From NCBI GenBank assembly GCA_036658435.1, contig JAVXEO010000004.1, forward strand, positions 120 through 64,119: a stretch of 64,000 nt of DNA, read 5' to 3'. The stretch comes from Acetivibrio sp. GTDB lineage: Bacteria > Bacillota > Clostridia > Lachnospirales > Lachnospiraceae. The notes below the pieces were generated by a model. That model was not told the DNA's origin, did not search any database, and saw nothing but the letters and a program-made list of their open reading frames with translations. Made by a program: the position numbers and the translations under genes. Positions 18,445 to 26,878 of the stretch are shown in pieces; positions within the stretch are counted from its first letter, which is position 1, and each line of letters starts with the position of its first letter.

Positions 18445-19710
18445 CTATATCTCCAGTCTTTTTTCCCAGATTCGGTTGGTAGAGGGTGCGTAGTCACCAA
18501 ACCCTTTATCTTTTATGGTTACAATGCAGGTTCTTATGTCTTCAAAATGAAAAGAAACCTCGAATCGCTCCATTCTTTTCCCACGTTTTGGCATATCTTC
18601 CAAGGTAATTACCCGAACTGTTTCCACTTTTTTCATAGGATCGAATATGTTTAGCTGCAATTCATCCTCTTCGTCAAAAATCAGGCAGATTTTGCTTTCG
18701 GCTTCTTTCCAATAAGTTCCCGTGGATATTACTTCTGTCTTCTGAACTTTTCCATCTCTATATAAACAAAGAGAAATGCTTTTTTCCAATATTCCTTCCC
18801 CTAAAAGTGTAAACTTCTCTTTGAATTCCTCCGTATTCATGTATCTTGCACTATAACAGGCACCATGTGTATAGATATTGGGTCCCCTAAATCCCCGTTT
18901 TCCCCTGCATAGTTCCTGAAGCACCCGGTCTGACCAATTCGACAAAAAACCTTCTCCTACAAAGTAAAGCGTTGAGATGCTTTGTTTATTAAGAATTTTT
19001 CCAGCAAAGCCCAGAAAATGTTCTGTAAGCGTTTCATATTCTCTATGTTCAAGCATTTCATAAGTAATTTCCTTTGTGCCTTCTCTTTTTTCCAGTCCAA
19101 TTAACATGGGCCGTACTTTGCGGTTAATATGTATTTGATAATACATCATCCCCTTTTTGGAATAATCAAACAATGCAACGTCCTGACTCCACAGTTCTCT
19201 CTTCTGGTTCAGAGCATAGTACAAATAACTTTGACTATGTTCCTGAACAAAGGCACGATTTTTTTCAATTCCCATATGCTCCAATGCTTTATAGATCATT
19301 TCTACTAAAAACAAATTCATTTCTTCCAAGGTTACTACAATTTTATGAATCCTATTGTCTCCATAATATTTTTGTAAAAGCAAAAGGGTTTTTCTAAAAT
19401 ACTTTTCCAAAATAACGCTGCCATCAAAGACGGAATCATAAATAACAAAAGATTCCTTTCTTTTAATTTGTTCCAATATATTATCTATTAAAATACCATC
19501 CTCATGTTCTGCCATCATACAGGCATCTTCACCAAAGAGCCATTCTCGCTTTGTCTCGGTCACTCCCAAAGTAGTAGGAATAAAGTGATAGTTTTCGCCT
19601 GTCGTTCCACCAATTGTTTCAATTACGCCAGTCACCGGATGGAAACAACTGATTTGTGAATATTGATTTCCCAAATCAAACCCTATATCCAGGTCTTTAT
19701 TTTTTTCCAT
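18445..19710 (-). CDS. Divergent, truncated Hsp70-like protein: actin-fold NBD plus SBD-beta-like domain, degenerate phosphate loops (operon gene B)
   Basis: 421 aa. DIGFDLGNQYSQIS compares with Hsp70 IGIDLGTTNS. VALFDYSKKGMMY compares with DLGGGTFD. LYFVGEGFLSNW compares with ILVGGQTRMP. The C-terminal ERFEVSFHFEDIRTCIVTIKDKGFG compares with [24 protein letters not shown]. There is no lid and no EEVD tail. SD GGAG at 8 nt. Confidence 0.7.
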   Translation of the reverse strand: MEKNKDLDIGFDLGNQYSQISCFHPVTGVIETIGGTTGENYHFIPTTLGVTETKREWLFGEDACMMAEHEDGILIDNILEQIKRKESFVIYDSVFDGSVILEKYFRKTLLLLQKYYGDNRIHKIVVTLEEMNLFLVEMIYKALEHMGIEKNRAFVQEHSQSYLYYALNQKRELWSQDVALFDYSKKGMMYYQIHINRKVRPMLIGLEKREGTKEITYEMLEHREYETLTEHFLGFAGKILNKQSISTLYFVGEGFLSNWSDRVLQELCRGKRGFRGPNIYTHGACYSARYMNTEEFKEKFTLLGEGILEKSISLCLYRDGKVQKTEVISTGTYWKEAESKICLIFDEEDELQLNIFDPMKKVETVRVITLEDMPKRGKRMERFEVSFHFEDIRTCIVTIKDKGFGDYAPSTNRIWEKRLEI

Positions 19711-19750
19711 TTTCTGCTCTCCATCCTTTCTATATGCCGGTCATAAACAT

Positions 19751-22700
19751 TTATAATATTTTTATAAGTGTTTTCCCTGCGTATTTAATTTTTGCATAAT
19801 ATTTCATTAAAGCCAACATTGTTTTTTCGTCCTGCATTTCCTTTGCTGTAAGCATTAAATTTAACAGTTCAAACATACTTTCATTGGATTCTTCATTCCC
19901 TGCATTTTTCATATCCACACGAACGCTTTCGGTAATAATTTCTTCTTTTCCGTTGTCTTCTGAAATATAGTACTGAAGGACCTCATCTTGAAAAAGGAGA
20001 AATTTGATTACATGAATGCCATAATAGCTGTCTTCCATTGTTTCCGTTATAAAGGATTCCCTGTTTTCCCCGTTCTCTCTAAAGTAGTGAATTTTAACAC
20101 TGTTTTTCGGATTGCATTTATATTCTACAAAGTAATGACTGCGAATTTCTAAAGGAAGTGTCATTCTGTCAGAAAATTTCTTGTAACAGGGAAGAAGAAT
20201 TCCCCGCTCTGTCATTTTCTTTATCTGCTTTTCACAAAATGCAAGTTCTTCCTGGGCAAGTGTTTCCTGTCCACTATAATAAAATAATAAGGCTAAGATA
20301 CAAACCGTACTTTCCTCAAAGCAATTCTCTTTTTTTAATAGTTCAAATATTTCAGGATGAACAATCCGTTCATTTAAAAGGTATTTATATGCGTTGTAGC
20401 ATAAGAAAGCTTTTATAATGGTTGGGTCTCCTCCTTTGTTATAATAGGAGTGAAATACATCATAGGCAGTCATTACATAGCTTTCCCCAAATAACATTTG
20501 ACCAAGAAGTTTTTCTTCTAACCCATAGGTATCTAGCTGAAAGTTTTGTGCACAATTCCACAGCTGCAGAAGCATCTTGGTACTTCCCTCAAAGTGCTCC
20601 ATTAAATAGCAAAGGATTATCTCATTATATTTTCCTTCCTGAAATAAGTAAAAAGCAAGATCTAATTGAAACTTATTTTTTATTTTGTGTCCGTTCTTTT
20701 CTATTTCCTCTGTGCAAAAACGAATCAACTGATTTGTTGGAATTCCATCAAATCCATATTCCCGAAGTGAAAATACTGTTTTTTCATAAAGTTCATGTAT
20801 CATGCAATAAGAAATAGCCTTAGAACGAAAATCCGGTTTCAAAAGATCAAAATCTGCAATAAGAAGCATTTCTTTTAATGCCTCATTTTCCATAGCCTCA
20901 AAGTAATAAGAAATCAATCTTTCATAGCATCTTCCTTTATAATAATTTTTGAATCCCGGCAATAAAATACATCTTCTTTGTACATAAATGGAATACTCGT
21001 TGTTTTTTTGATATTTATCTATTTTCTCAAATAAATTCATCATCAGCATGGGACTATTTTTACATACCTCATAGCACTTTTGTGCCAATCCATGAATATG
21101 CAGCAGTTCCGTTAATTGGAATGAAATACTTTCTCCATAGCGGTTTCCATTTTTATCTATAAATACAATGCTTGGAGATTCTGTAAAAACTTGGATATAT
21201 CCAATTCCATCCTTTAAAAGAGTGTACTCTTCCTTTTCCATTTCTTTATGTGAAACATAAACGCCTATTATATTTTCATTGGTGCAAACCAATTTATGGC
21301 GAAACATAATTTCTGAAAGTGCCGGAGAAATTCCTTCCTTCACCTCTTCTAGTTGAATAAACTCCTGATAAAGTACGGACAGATTTTCATCCATTCTTTC
21401 TTCCTTAATCTGTTCGATTGTAAATTTCTGCATTTTCTTGTGATAAAGAAGATATGTGTTTTTATCTTTATTTTTATTTTTTACTATGTAGGCATAGAGA
21501 TAAGCCTTTTTTTCCCAAGTGAGATTATTATCATATTGGAAAAAAAGAAGAAGGGAGGAGGGAATTTTTTTCTGATAATCTTCCGGCATGGTATATAAAT
21601 AATATTCATATAAATTTTCTATCTTTAAATTTTCTTCTTCCCCCAAGGAAAACCATGGGAAATATTTTGCATCCTTTTTTTTATTTTGAATGAGTATCTT
21701 ACAAATACTAAATAATATTTCTTTACTTTTCGTATGGTCATAAAGAGCAAATAAAGGTTTTAGAATCCAAAAATCAGCCTTTCCTTCCTGTTCTGCTGTA
21801 AAGCAATACAGATCAATTAACTCCTGGTTTAAACAATTCATTCGGATTCCCCAGCTTAAAACCCGTAACAGTACCGGTGCAAAAGCTTCCCTTGCTCTTT
21901 TGTCATTCTGTAAGCAAAGACAGGCTTCATAATAGAGAACCGGACTATTGACTCCTTTTTCTAGTTTGCCTTCAATATCCTTCCACATTTTTTCGCTATT
22001 TCTATCATAATCCCCATCTAAATACAATAAAAACCACAGCATCTGCCATTTATCAAATCCGTTCTCATAATAAGTGCGAATACTGGAAGCTGCCTCTTCA
22101 ATGTATTCCTTCTTTTTGGTATATAAAGCGCGTAAATACAGAAAAGATGAATAAAACAGTATCGATTCTTCTTTCATGGCCTCTTGATTTTCTTCCATAT
22201 CTTTTATAACATCTTCTGCCAGTGGCTGGTGATCCATAATATAATAGTGAAGTTTCAAAAGCTTGTGTTCCCAGAAAGAATGGGTCTCTTTTCCATTTTT
22301 TATAATCGCAGACAGTTCTGCAATATATTGATCTGGTGCAATTTGATTGGTTCTTAAGTTCAAATAATTCTGAAAGAAAATAAGAATCTGTTCTTTCCTT
22401 TTTCGTTGTTCTTCGTGCTTTTTCTTAGGAAGCACCGAAACACTCACCGTTACTTCCATAGTGGAAAATATGGTCTGTATTGTGATTCTGCCAAAATTAT
22501 TTCCCTTTCGTAAAAAAGAAGCATCTACCAAAAATTCCAAATCAAAAGAATTACCAATAAAATCTTTTGTTGTAATTTCCTTCTTTTCTAAAACTAAAAA
22601 TGGAGCATCCCCCTCTATTTGAATCTTTTCATAACCCCAGTTGTCCTTCATTATTGTTATTTTGTCTGCAAAATTAGTGAGACATTTTGTGTATAAAAGT

Positions 22701-23293
22701 TCCGTCCGGTCTACCGTAATATTGATTTTGGACTTTTTTTGTATTGCAATTAAGAATTCTTCGAGTGCAACATTCCTATCCTTTCCTTTGATTAAGCTGG
22801 CATAAAGGGTTTTCAGATGTTCTTCTTTTAAAAATATTCGTCCAAAATCTCTGGTTTCAAAAAGCTGTAGTGCTTCTTCCCAATCACTTTGTGCAAGGTT
22901 AGCAAAATGAAATAAATCCTTGATTTTCCCTAGCGATGTCTGTCCATACGCTTCCGTTACTTCTATTGAAATTGGAAGGTTAACCTCTCCGCAGCAGCTG
23001 ACAATAAAAAGTTTTCCCTTGCTTTTTTCACCGGCTATGGCTTTTTTGGCATCAAAACGGTATTGGATTTCATTGGTTTTTCCGTTAAACATAGGATTTA
23101 TAATATGTAGTTCCGGTAAAGAAGAATAGACAATTCCCTTCATTTTCTTTTCCTGTTCATTTGAAATCCATAAACTTCCCGTAGCCACTGAACCAATTTC
23201 TGCTATAATCGAAATTTGTTCTTCAGACAATAAAATTTCCGGTAATTCATATTCAAAATTTTCCTTTGCCAAACGTTTTATTTTCTCTCTCAC
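19751..23293 (-). CDS. Hypothetical 1180-aa cytoplasmic protein: N-terminal beta-sandwich domains plus long alpha-helical repeat region (operon gene A)
   Basis: Single uninterrupted 3.5-kb frame with GTG start preceded by GGGAGGA at 8 nt. No signal peptide or TM helix. The first ~290 aa have an alternating beta-strand pattern (GSLWISN..., KGKLFIVSCCGEVNLPISIEV, GRITIQTIFSTMEVTVSVSV). The rest is helix-rich and rich in Y/F/L/K/E. I have an unverified memory that similar Clostridia proteins are listed only as DUF families. Confidence 0.75.
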   Translation of the reverse strand: MREKIKRLAKENFEYELPEILLSEEQISIIAEIGSVATGSLWISNEQEKKMKGIVYSSLPELHIINPMFNGKTNEIQYRFDAKKAIAGEKSKGKLFIVSCCGEVNLPISIEVTEAYGQTSLGKIKDLFHFANLAQSDWEEALQLFETRDFGRIFLKEEHLKTLYASLIKGKDRNVALEEFLIAIQKKSKINITVDRTELLYTKCLTNFADKITIMKDNWGYEKIQIEGDAPFLVLEKKEITTKDFIGNSFDLEFLVDASFLRKGNNFGRITIQTIFSTMEVTVSVSVLPKKKHEEQRKRKEQILIFFQNYLNLRTNQIAPDQYIAELSAIIKNGKETHSFWEHKLLKLHYYIMDHQPLAEDVIKDMEENQEAMKEESILFYSSFLYLRALYTKKKEYIEEAASSIRTYYENGFDKWQMLWFLLYLDGDYDRNSEKMWKDIEGKLEKGVNSPVLYYEACLCLQNDKRAREAFAPVLLRVLSWGIRMNCLNQELIDLYCFTAEQEGKADFWILKPLFALYDHTKSKEILFSICKILIQNKKKDAKYFPWFSLGEEENLKIENLYEYYLYTMPEDYQKKIPSSLLLFFQYDNNLTWEKKAYLYAYIVKNKNKDKNTYLLYHKKMQKFTIEQIKEERMDENLSVLYQEFIQLEEVKEGISPALSEIMFRHKLVCTNENIIGVYVSHKEMEKEEYTLLKDGIGYIQVFTESPSIVFIDKNGNRYGESISFQLTELLHIHGLAQKCYEVCKNSPMLMMNLFEKIDKYQKNNEYSIYVQRRCILLPGFKNYYKGRCYERLISYYFEAMENEALKEMLLIADFDLLKPDFRSKAISYCMIHELYEKTVFSLREYGFDGIPTNQLIRFCTEEIEKNGHKIKNKFQLDLAFYLFQEGKYNEIILCYLMEHFEGSTKMLLQLWNCAQNFQLDTYGLEEKLLGQMLFGESYVMTAYDVFHSYYNKGGDPTIIKAFLCYNAYKYLLNERIVHPEIFELLKKENCFEESTVCILALLFYYSGQETLAQEELAFCEKQIKKMTERGILLPCYKKFSDRMTLPLEIRSHYFVEYKCNPKNSVKIHYFRENGENRESFITETMEDSYYGIHVIKFLLFQDEVLQYYISEDNGKEEIITESVRVDMKNAGNEESNESMFELLNLMLTAKEMQDEKTMLALMKYYAKIKYAGKTLIKIL

Positions 23294-23312
23294 TCCGGGG
23301 TTCCTCCCATAT

Positions 23313-23340
23313 TTGCTTTTTTATAAAAAAACGATATAAT
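23313..23340 (+). promoter_or_regulatory. Candidate divergent promoter of the cobD-like gene
   Basis: TTGCTT (23313-23318), 16 nt, TATAAT (23335-23340). It sits back-to-back with the -10 of the opposite promoter. Confidence 0.4.
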
Positions 23341-23344
23341 AGTA

Positions 23345-23374
23345 ATTATAACACTGTAACCCTAGAACATTCAA
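23345..23374 (-). promoter_or_regulatory. Candidate sigma-A promoter of the four-gene operon
   Basis: Minus strand reads TTGAAT (23374-23369), 18 nt, TGT-TATAAT (extended -10, 23350-23345), about 45 nt upstream of the GTG start. Confidence 0.5.
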
Positions 23375-23402
23375 CACTTTAGGAAAGGATTCTACACATA
23401 AA

Positions 23403-24500
23403 ATGATAAAATTAAAAGAACATTTTCATGGAAGTGACCTAGAACAGATAGAAGCTTCCTATGGTATAAAAAAAGAGGACATTGTTAGTTTTGCTGCCAA
23501 TGTAAATCCTCTTGGTATTTCCAGCCAGCTTCGTGAAACCTTGGTCTCTCATATTGATGCCATTACAAGTTATCCGAATCGTGATTACACGCCTTTGCGG
23601 AAGGCCATTGCTGAATATATTCATGCCGATTTTGAAGCCATACTGGTGGGAAATGGTTCCACCGAACTAATCTCTTTGTTTATCCAGTGCCTTCACCCTG
23701 ACAAAACGCTGATTCTCGGTCCAACTTATTCCGAATATGAAAGAGAAGTTTCCATAGAAAATGAAAGTGGAAGCTGTCAATACTATGCATTAAAAGAAGA
23801 GCAGAATTTTGTTCTGGATGTACCGGATTTTCTTACTCACTTAAGTCCAAATTTGGATTTGGTTATTCTTTGTAATCCAAACAACCCTACTTCTTCTTAC
23901 ATTTCTACCTCACAGATGAAACAAATTTTAACCGCTTGCAAAAGAAATCACACCTTTGTATTAGTAGACGAAACCTATGTGGAATTTACCGAAAAAATAG
24001 AGGAAATTTCTTCGGTTTCTTTAACCGGTACCTATGATAATCTGATAGTTTTACGTGGTATCTCTAAGTTTTTTGCAGCTCCCGGTCTTCGTCTTGGTTA
24101 TGCGGTTTGCAACAATCCCGATTTGCTTTTTCTGATCCATGAGAAAAAAAATCCATGGACCATTAATAGTCTGGCTGCTATTGCCGGTGAAATTATGTTT
24201 AAAGACAGCCATTATATTGAGGAAACAAAAGCTCTCATCTTCCAGGAGAGAACCCGTATTGTAGCTTTATTGCAGGAAATTCCCTTTCTTAAGGTATATC
24301 CGCCTAGTGCTAATTTTGTTTTAGTTCGCATCTTAAAAAAAGAAATCACTGCAGAGGATATTTTTGAAACTGCCATAAAAAAAGGATTGATGATACGGGA
24401 TTGTTCCACTTTTCCGTTTTTGGATGAACGTTATTTCCGTTTTTGCTTCATGAAGCCGGAGCAAAATGACAGCCTTCTTTCTGTTTTAAAAGATTTATAA
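23403..24500 (+). CDS. cobD: PLP-dependent class I/II aminotransferase-fold enzyme, threonine-phosphate decarboxylase (CobD)-like
   Basis: 365 aa. HGSD...FAANVNPLG...YPNRDY..., LRGISKFFAAPGLRLGY (PLP lysine) and RDCSTFPFLDERYFRFCF align motif-for-motif with my memory of Salmonella CobD. A HisC-family aminotransferase cannot be excluded. Confidence 0.65.
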   Translation: MIKLKEHFHGSDLEQIEASYGIKKEDIVSFAANVNPLGISSQLRETLVSHIDAITSYPNRDYTPLRKAIAEYIHADFEAILVGNGSTELISLFIQCLHPDKTLILGPTYSEYEREVSIENESGSCQYYALKEEQNFVLDVPDFLTHLSPNLDLVILCNPNNPTSSYISTSQMKQILTACKRNHTFVLVDETYVEFTEKIEEISSVSLTGTYDNLIVLRGISKFFAAPGLRLGYAVCNNPDLLFLIHEKKNPWTINSLAAIAGEIMFKDSHYIEETKALIFQERTRIVALLQEIPFLKVYPPSANFVLVRILKKEITAEDIFETAIKKGLMIRDCSTFPFLDERYFRFCFMKPEQNDSLLSVLKDL

Positions 24501-24507
24501 AGAAAAT

Positions 24508-24552
24508 ACAGAAGGGCTAAGTTACATGAAAAAGGCAGCTTAGCTCTTCTGT
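24508..24552. terminator. Hairpin between convergent cobD-like and nrdD genes
   Basis: 14-bp stem ACAGAAGGGCTAAG / CTTAGCTCTTCTGT with one G-U pair and a 17-nt loop. A T-rich tail (ATTTTCTTT) follows in the minus-strand sense. Confidence 0.55.
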
Positions 24553-24568
24553 AAAATTTTGTTATTTC

Positions 24569-26878
24569 TTATAGTAATTCTACATATTGTTTGATGTTTT
24601 GTACGGATACATGACTGTCTGCTTTTTCTCCATTAAGAACAAGCAATGTGGGTGCCTGTCGAATTCCATACTTTTTGACCATATCTGCATTTTCTTCTGC
24701 TAAGGCTGTTTCATAGGGAACTTTGGCATTATCTAATATATTTTTTGCCGTTTTACAGTTTGGGCAAGTTTTTGTTACAATTAAAATTCGTTTTATTTTC
24801 ACTTGCGTTTTTTCTATATTGTATAGTTTACGTTCTTTAAATTCCTGACTCTTGCCTGCGTTCCAGTTTTGAACCGGTCTGTAATACCCGGTAATACGGC
24901 TATATACCTCTGTTTTTACGCCACATTCCGGACAAATATAGTGTTCTCCCGGAATATAACCATGTTCTTTACAGATGGAATACGTTGGAGAAATGGTATA
25001 ATATGGCAAACGATAGTTTTCTGCAATTTTTTTAACCAAGTTTGCCGCTGCCTTCCAGGAGGGAAGTTTTTCTCCTAAGAAAGCATGAAATACCGTGCCT
25101 GATGTATACAGGGTCTGGAGTTCATCCTGAATATCCAATGCTTCGAAAATATCATCTGTAAAGCCAACCGGAAGATTGGTACTATTGGTATAGTATGGTG
25201 TTTCATTGTCCTCGCAGGCCGTCTTTATATCTGGAAACTGCTCTACATCGTGCTTTGCCAAACGATAGGTTGTCGATTCCGCCGGAGTTGCCTCTAAGTT
25301 GTACAAATCACCATATTTTTCCTGATAATCAGAGAGTCGATCCCTCATATGATTCAATACTTCTTTTGCAAACTTCTGCGTCTTTTCGCTGGTCATATCT
25401 GCCTGTAGCCAGTTTGCATTCAAACCCACTTCATTCATGCCAATTAAACCAATCGTTGAAAAATGATTGTCAAAGCTTCCAAGATAACGTTTCGTATAAG
25501 GGTAGAGCCCCTCATTTAATAATTTTGATATAATCGTTCTCTTTGTCTTTAATGATCTTGCTGAAATATCCATCATTTTATTTAATCGGCGGTAAAAATC
25601 AGCCTCGTTCTCTGAAAGATATGCAATTCTAGGTAAGTTAATGGTAACAACACCAACGGATCCTGTACTTTCACCACTTCCAAAAAAGCCACCGGATTTT
25701 TTTCGAAGTTCCCGAAGATCAAGGCGTAAACGGCAGCACATGCTTCTTACATCGTTTGGTTCCATTTCACTATTAATATAATTAGAAAAATAAGGAGTTC
25801 CATATTTTGATGTCATTTCAAACAACAGCTTATTATTCTCTGTTTCAGACCAGTCAAAATCCTTTGTAATGGAGTAAGTAGGAATGGGGTATTGGAATCC
25901 GCGTCCATTGGCGTCTCCTTCTATCATGGTCTCGATAAACGCTTTGTTTATCATATCCATTTCCTTTTTACAGTCTTTATACTTAAAGTTCATTTCTTTT
26001 CCACCTACAATAGCATTTTGCTCTGCTAAATCACTTGGAATGGTCCAATCCAGCGTAATATTGGAAAAAGGTGCCTGCGTTCCCCAGCGACTTGGAATAT
26101 TTACTCCATAGATAAAGGATTCAATGCAATTTTTCACCTGATTGTAGGAAAGATTATCTTTCTTTACAAAAGGGGCCAGATAGGTATCAAAAGAAGAAAA
26201 TGCCTGGGCTCCTGCCCATTCGTTTTGCATGATACCAAGAAAGTTAACCATTTGGTTGCAGAGGCTGGCTAAGTGTGCTGCCGGTTTTGAAGTAATCTTT
26301 CCGGTAACTCCCCCAAGCCCTTCCTGAATCAATTGTTTTAAGGACCAGCCTGCACAGTATCCTGTAAGCATGGATAAATCATGAATATGTATTTCTGCAT
26401 TTCTATGAGCATTTGCAATTTCTTCATCGTATATTTCAGAAAGCCAGTAATTGGCTGTAATTGCGCCGGAGTTGCTTAATATCAGTCCACCCACAGAATA
26501 GGTGACCGTAGAGTTCTCCTTTACACGCCAATCGGATAAATGTACATAATTATCCACAATTTCCTTATAGTCTAAAATCGTAGACTTCATATTTCTAATT
26601 TTTTCCCTTTGTTTCCGGTATAAGATATAGGCTTTGGCAACGTCGGCATAACCAGACTGTTCCAATATTGCTTCTGCACTATCTTGTATGTCTTCCACAT
26701 GAACCAGTGAATTTTTAATATGTGGTTCATAATGTGCTGTTGTTTTTAAAGCAAGAAGGTCTACAATACTCTGATTGTACTGCTTATTTTGCGCTTCAAA
26801 CGCTTTCATTATTGCTTCGCTGACCTTTTTCAAATCAAATTCTACAATTTTTCCATCTCTTTTTACTACCTGATACAT
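24569..26878 (-). CDS. nrdD: Anaerobic ribonucleoside-triphosphate reductase (class III) with fused C-terminal thioredoxin-fold (CPNC) domain
   Basis: N-terminal ATP-cone (MYQVVKRDGKIVEFDLKKV). C-terminal Zn-ribbon CPECG and glycyl-radical motif RITGYY. About 77 extra residues follow, with a CPNC redox motif. Start moved to ATG 26878 (GGAGG at 9 nt). The track's 11-codon extension lacks an SD. Confidence 0.9.
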   Translation of the reverse strand: MYQVVKRDGKIVEFDLKKVSEAIMKAFEAQNKQYNQSIVDLLALKTTAHYEPHIKNSLVHVEDIQDSAEAILEQSGYADVAKAYILYRKQREKIRNMKSTILDYKEIVDNYVHLSDWRVKENSTVTYSVGGLILSNSGAITANYWLSEIYDEEIANAHRNAEIHIHDLSMLTGYCAGWSLKQLIQEGLGGVTGKITSKPAAHLASLCNQMVNFLGIMQNEWAGAQAFSSFDTYLAPFVKKDNLSYNQVKNCIESFIYGVNIPSRWGTQAPFSNITLDWTIPSDLAEQNAIVGGKEMNFKYKDCKKEMDMINKAFIETMIEGDANGRGFQYPIPTYSITKDFDWSETENNKLLFEMTSKYGTPYFSNYINSEMEPNDVRSMCCRLRLDLRELRKKSGGFFGSGESTGSVGVVTINLPRIAYLSENEADFYRRLNKMMDISARSLKTKRTIISKLLNEGLYPYTKRYLGSFDNHFSTIGLIGMNEVGLNANWLQADMTSEKTQKFAKEVLNHMRDRLSDYQEKYGDLYNLEATPAESTTYRLAKHDVEQFPDIKTACEDNETPYYTNSTNLPVGFTDDIFEALDIQDELQTLYTSGTVFHAFLGEKLPSWKAAANLVKKIAENYRLPYYTISPTYSICKEHGYIPGEHYICPECGVKTEVYSRITGYYRPVQNWNAGKSQEFKERKLYNIEKTQVKIKRILIVTKTCPNCKTAKNILDNAKVPYETALAEENADMVKKYGIRQAPTLLVLNGEKADSHVSVQNIKQYVELL

